A stretch of DNA of 64,000 nt from Nemertoderma westbladi (taxonomy: Eukaryota; Animalia; Xenacoelomorpha). The notes under the pieces were generated by a model. The model saw nothing but the letters and a program-made list of their open reading frames with translations, ran no database searches and was not told the DNA's origin. The stretch spans positions 27,322 to 91,321 of the forward strand of contig JAUCBJ010002168.1 in assembly GCA_032718475.1 (NCBI GenBank), written 5' to 3'. Within the stretch, counting starts at the first letter, position 1; every line of letters begins with the position of its first letter. The position numbers and the translations under genes are program-made. Positions 63,693 through 64,000 of the stretch are shown one piece after another.

Positions 63693-64000
63693 TGTGAGCG
63701 GATTCAATTCCACCTCAATATCCCCATAAAGTTGGGAAGTGCCGCCTTTTCCAGCAATATTGGGGATACGAGATTAATCACAACTAATCTCGTATCACAC
63801 CCAATAACGGGGACAACACACAGCCCCGAAGGCCACACAAAGGGAGGTTAGAGGTCAAACCACCTCGAGAGGGAAAGTAACAGCAGCGGGGGGGGGGGGG
63901 GGGGGGGGGGGGGGGGAGCACTCCCACAGAGGTGGGAGCCGAGAATTAATCTATTAGCCAATAAGGGCGGGGAAGCATCCGCTAGATAGAGAGGCCAAAG
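63693..64000 (+). mobile_element. 5' part of an LTR homologous to 6458-7056, running off the window
   Basis: TGTGAGCGGATTCAATTCC...CCACACAAAGGGAGGTTAGAGGTCAAA aligns to the reverse complement of ~6755-7056. Confidence 0.85.

Overview
This is AT-rich animal (metazoan, probably invertebrate) nuclear DNA, not prokaryotic. It holds four host genes: a PAM/PHM-like membrane protein (19042-20841), a FAM13-type RhoGAP (36448-40725, one coding intron), a RASSF2/4/6-type protein (47869-48885) and eIF3b (56497-58626, minus strand). They sit in a matrix of mostly decayed, nested mobile elements: RTE, CR1/L2-like and CRE LINE pieces, two LTR-retrotransposon families, TIR non-autonomous DNA elements, tRNA-derived SINEs, Helentron/HINE-like elements and Penelope-type hammerhead remnants. 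Main observations: (1) the PAM-like gene looks like an intact pseudoenzyme, with 5 of 6 copper ligands lost and no PAL domain but the disulfide cysteines, TM helix and PAM-type tail kept; (2) TA-centred transposon excision footprints (TACAGTA/TACTGTA etc.) are pervasive, two of them exactly explain frameshifts in a LINE, and they appear to cluster upstream of genes; (3) normally intron-rich genes are almost intronless; (4) two pre-miRNA-like hairpins lie in tandem behind a TATA box; (5) two CAGT-ended elements have 5-bp target duplications. All family assignments come from motif recognition by eye; no searches or computations were run.
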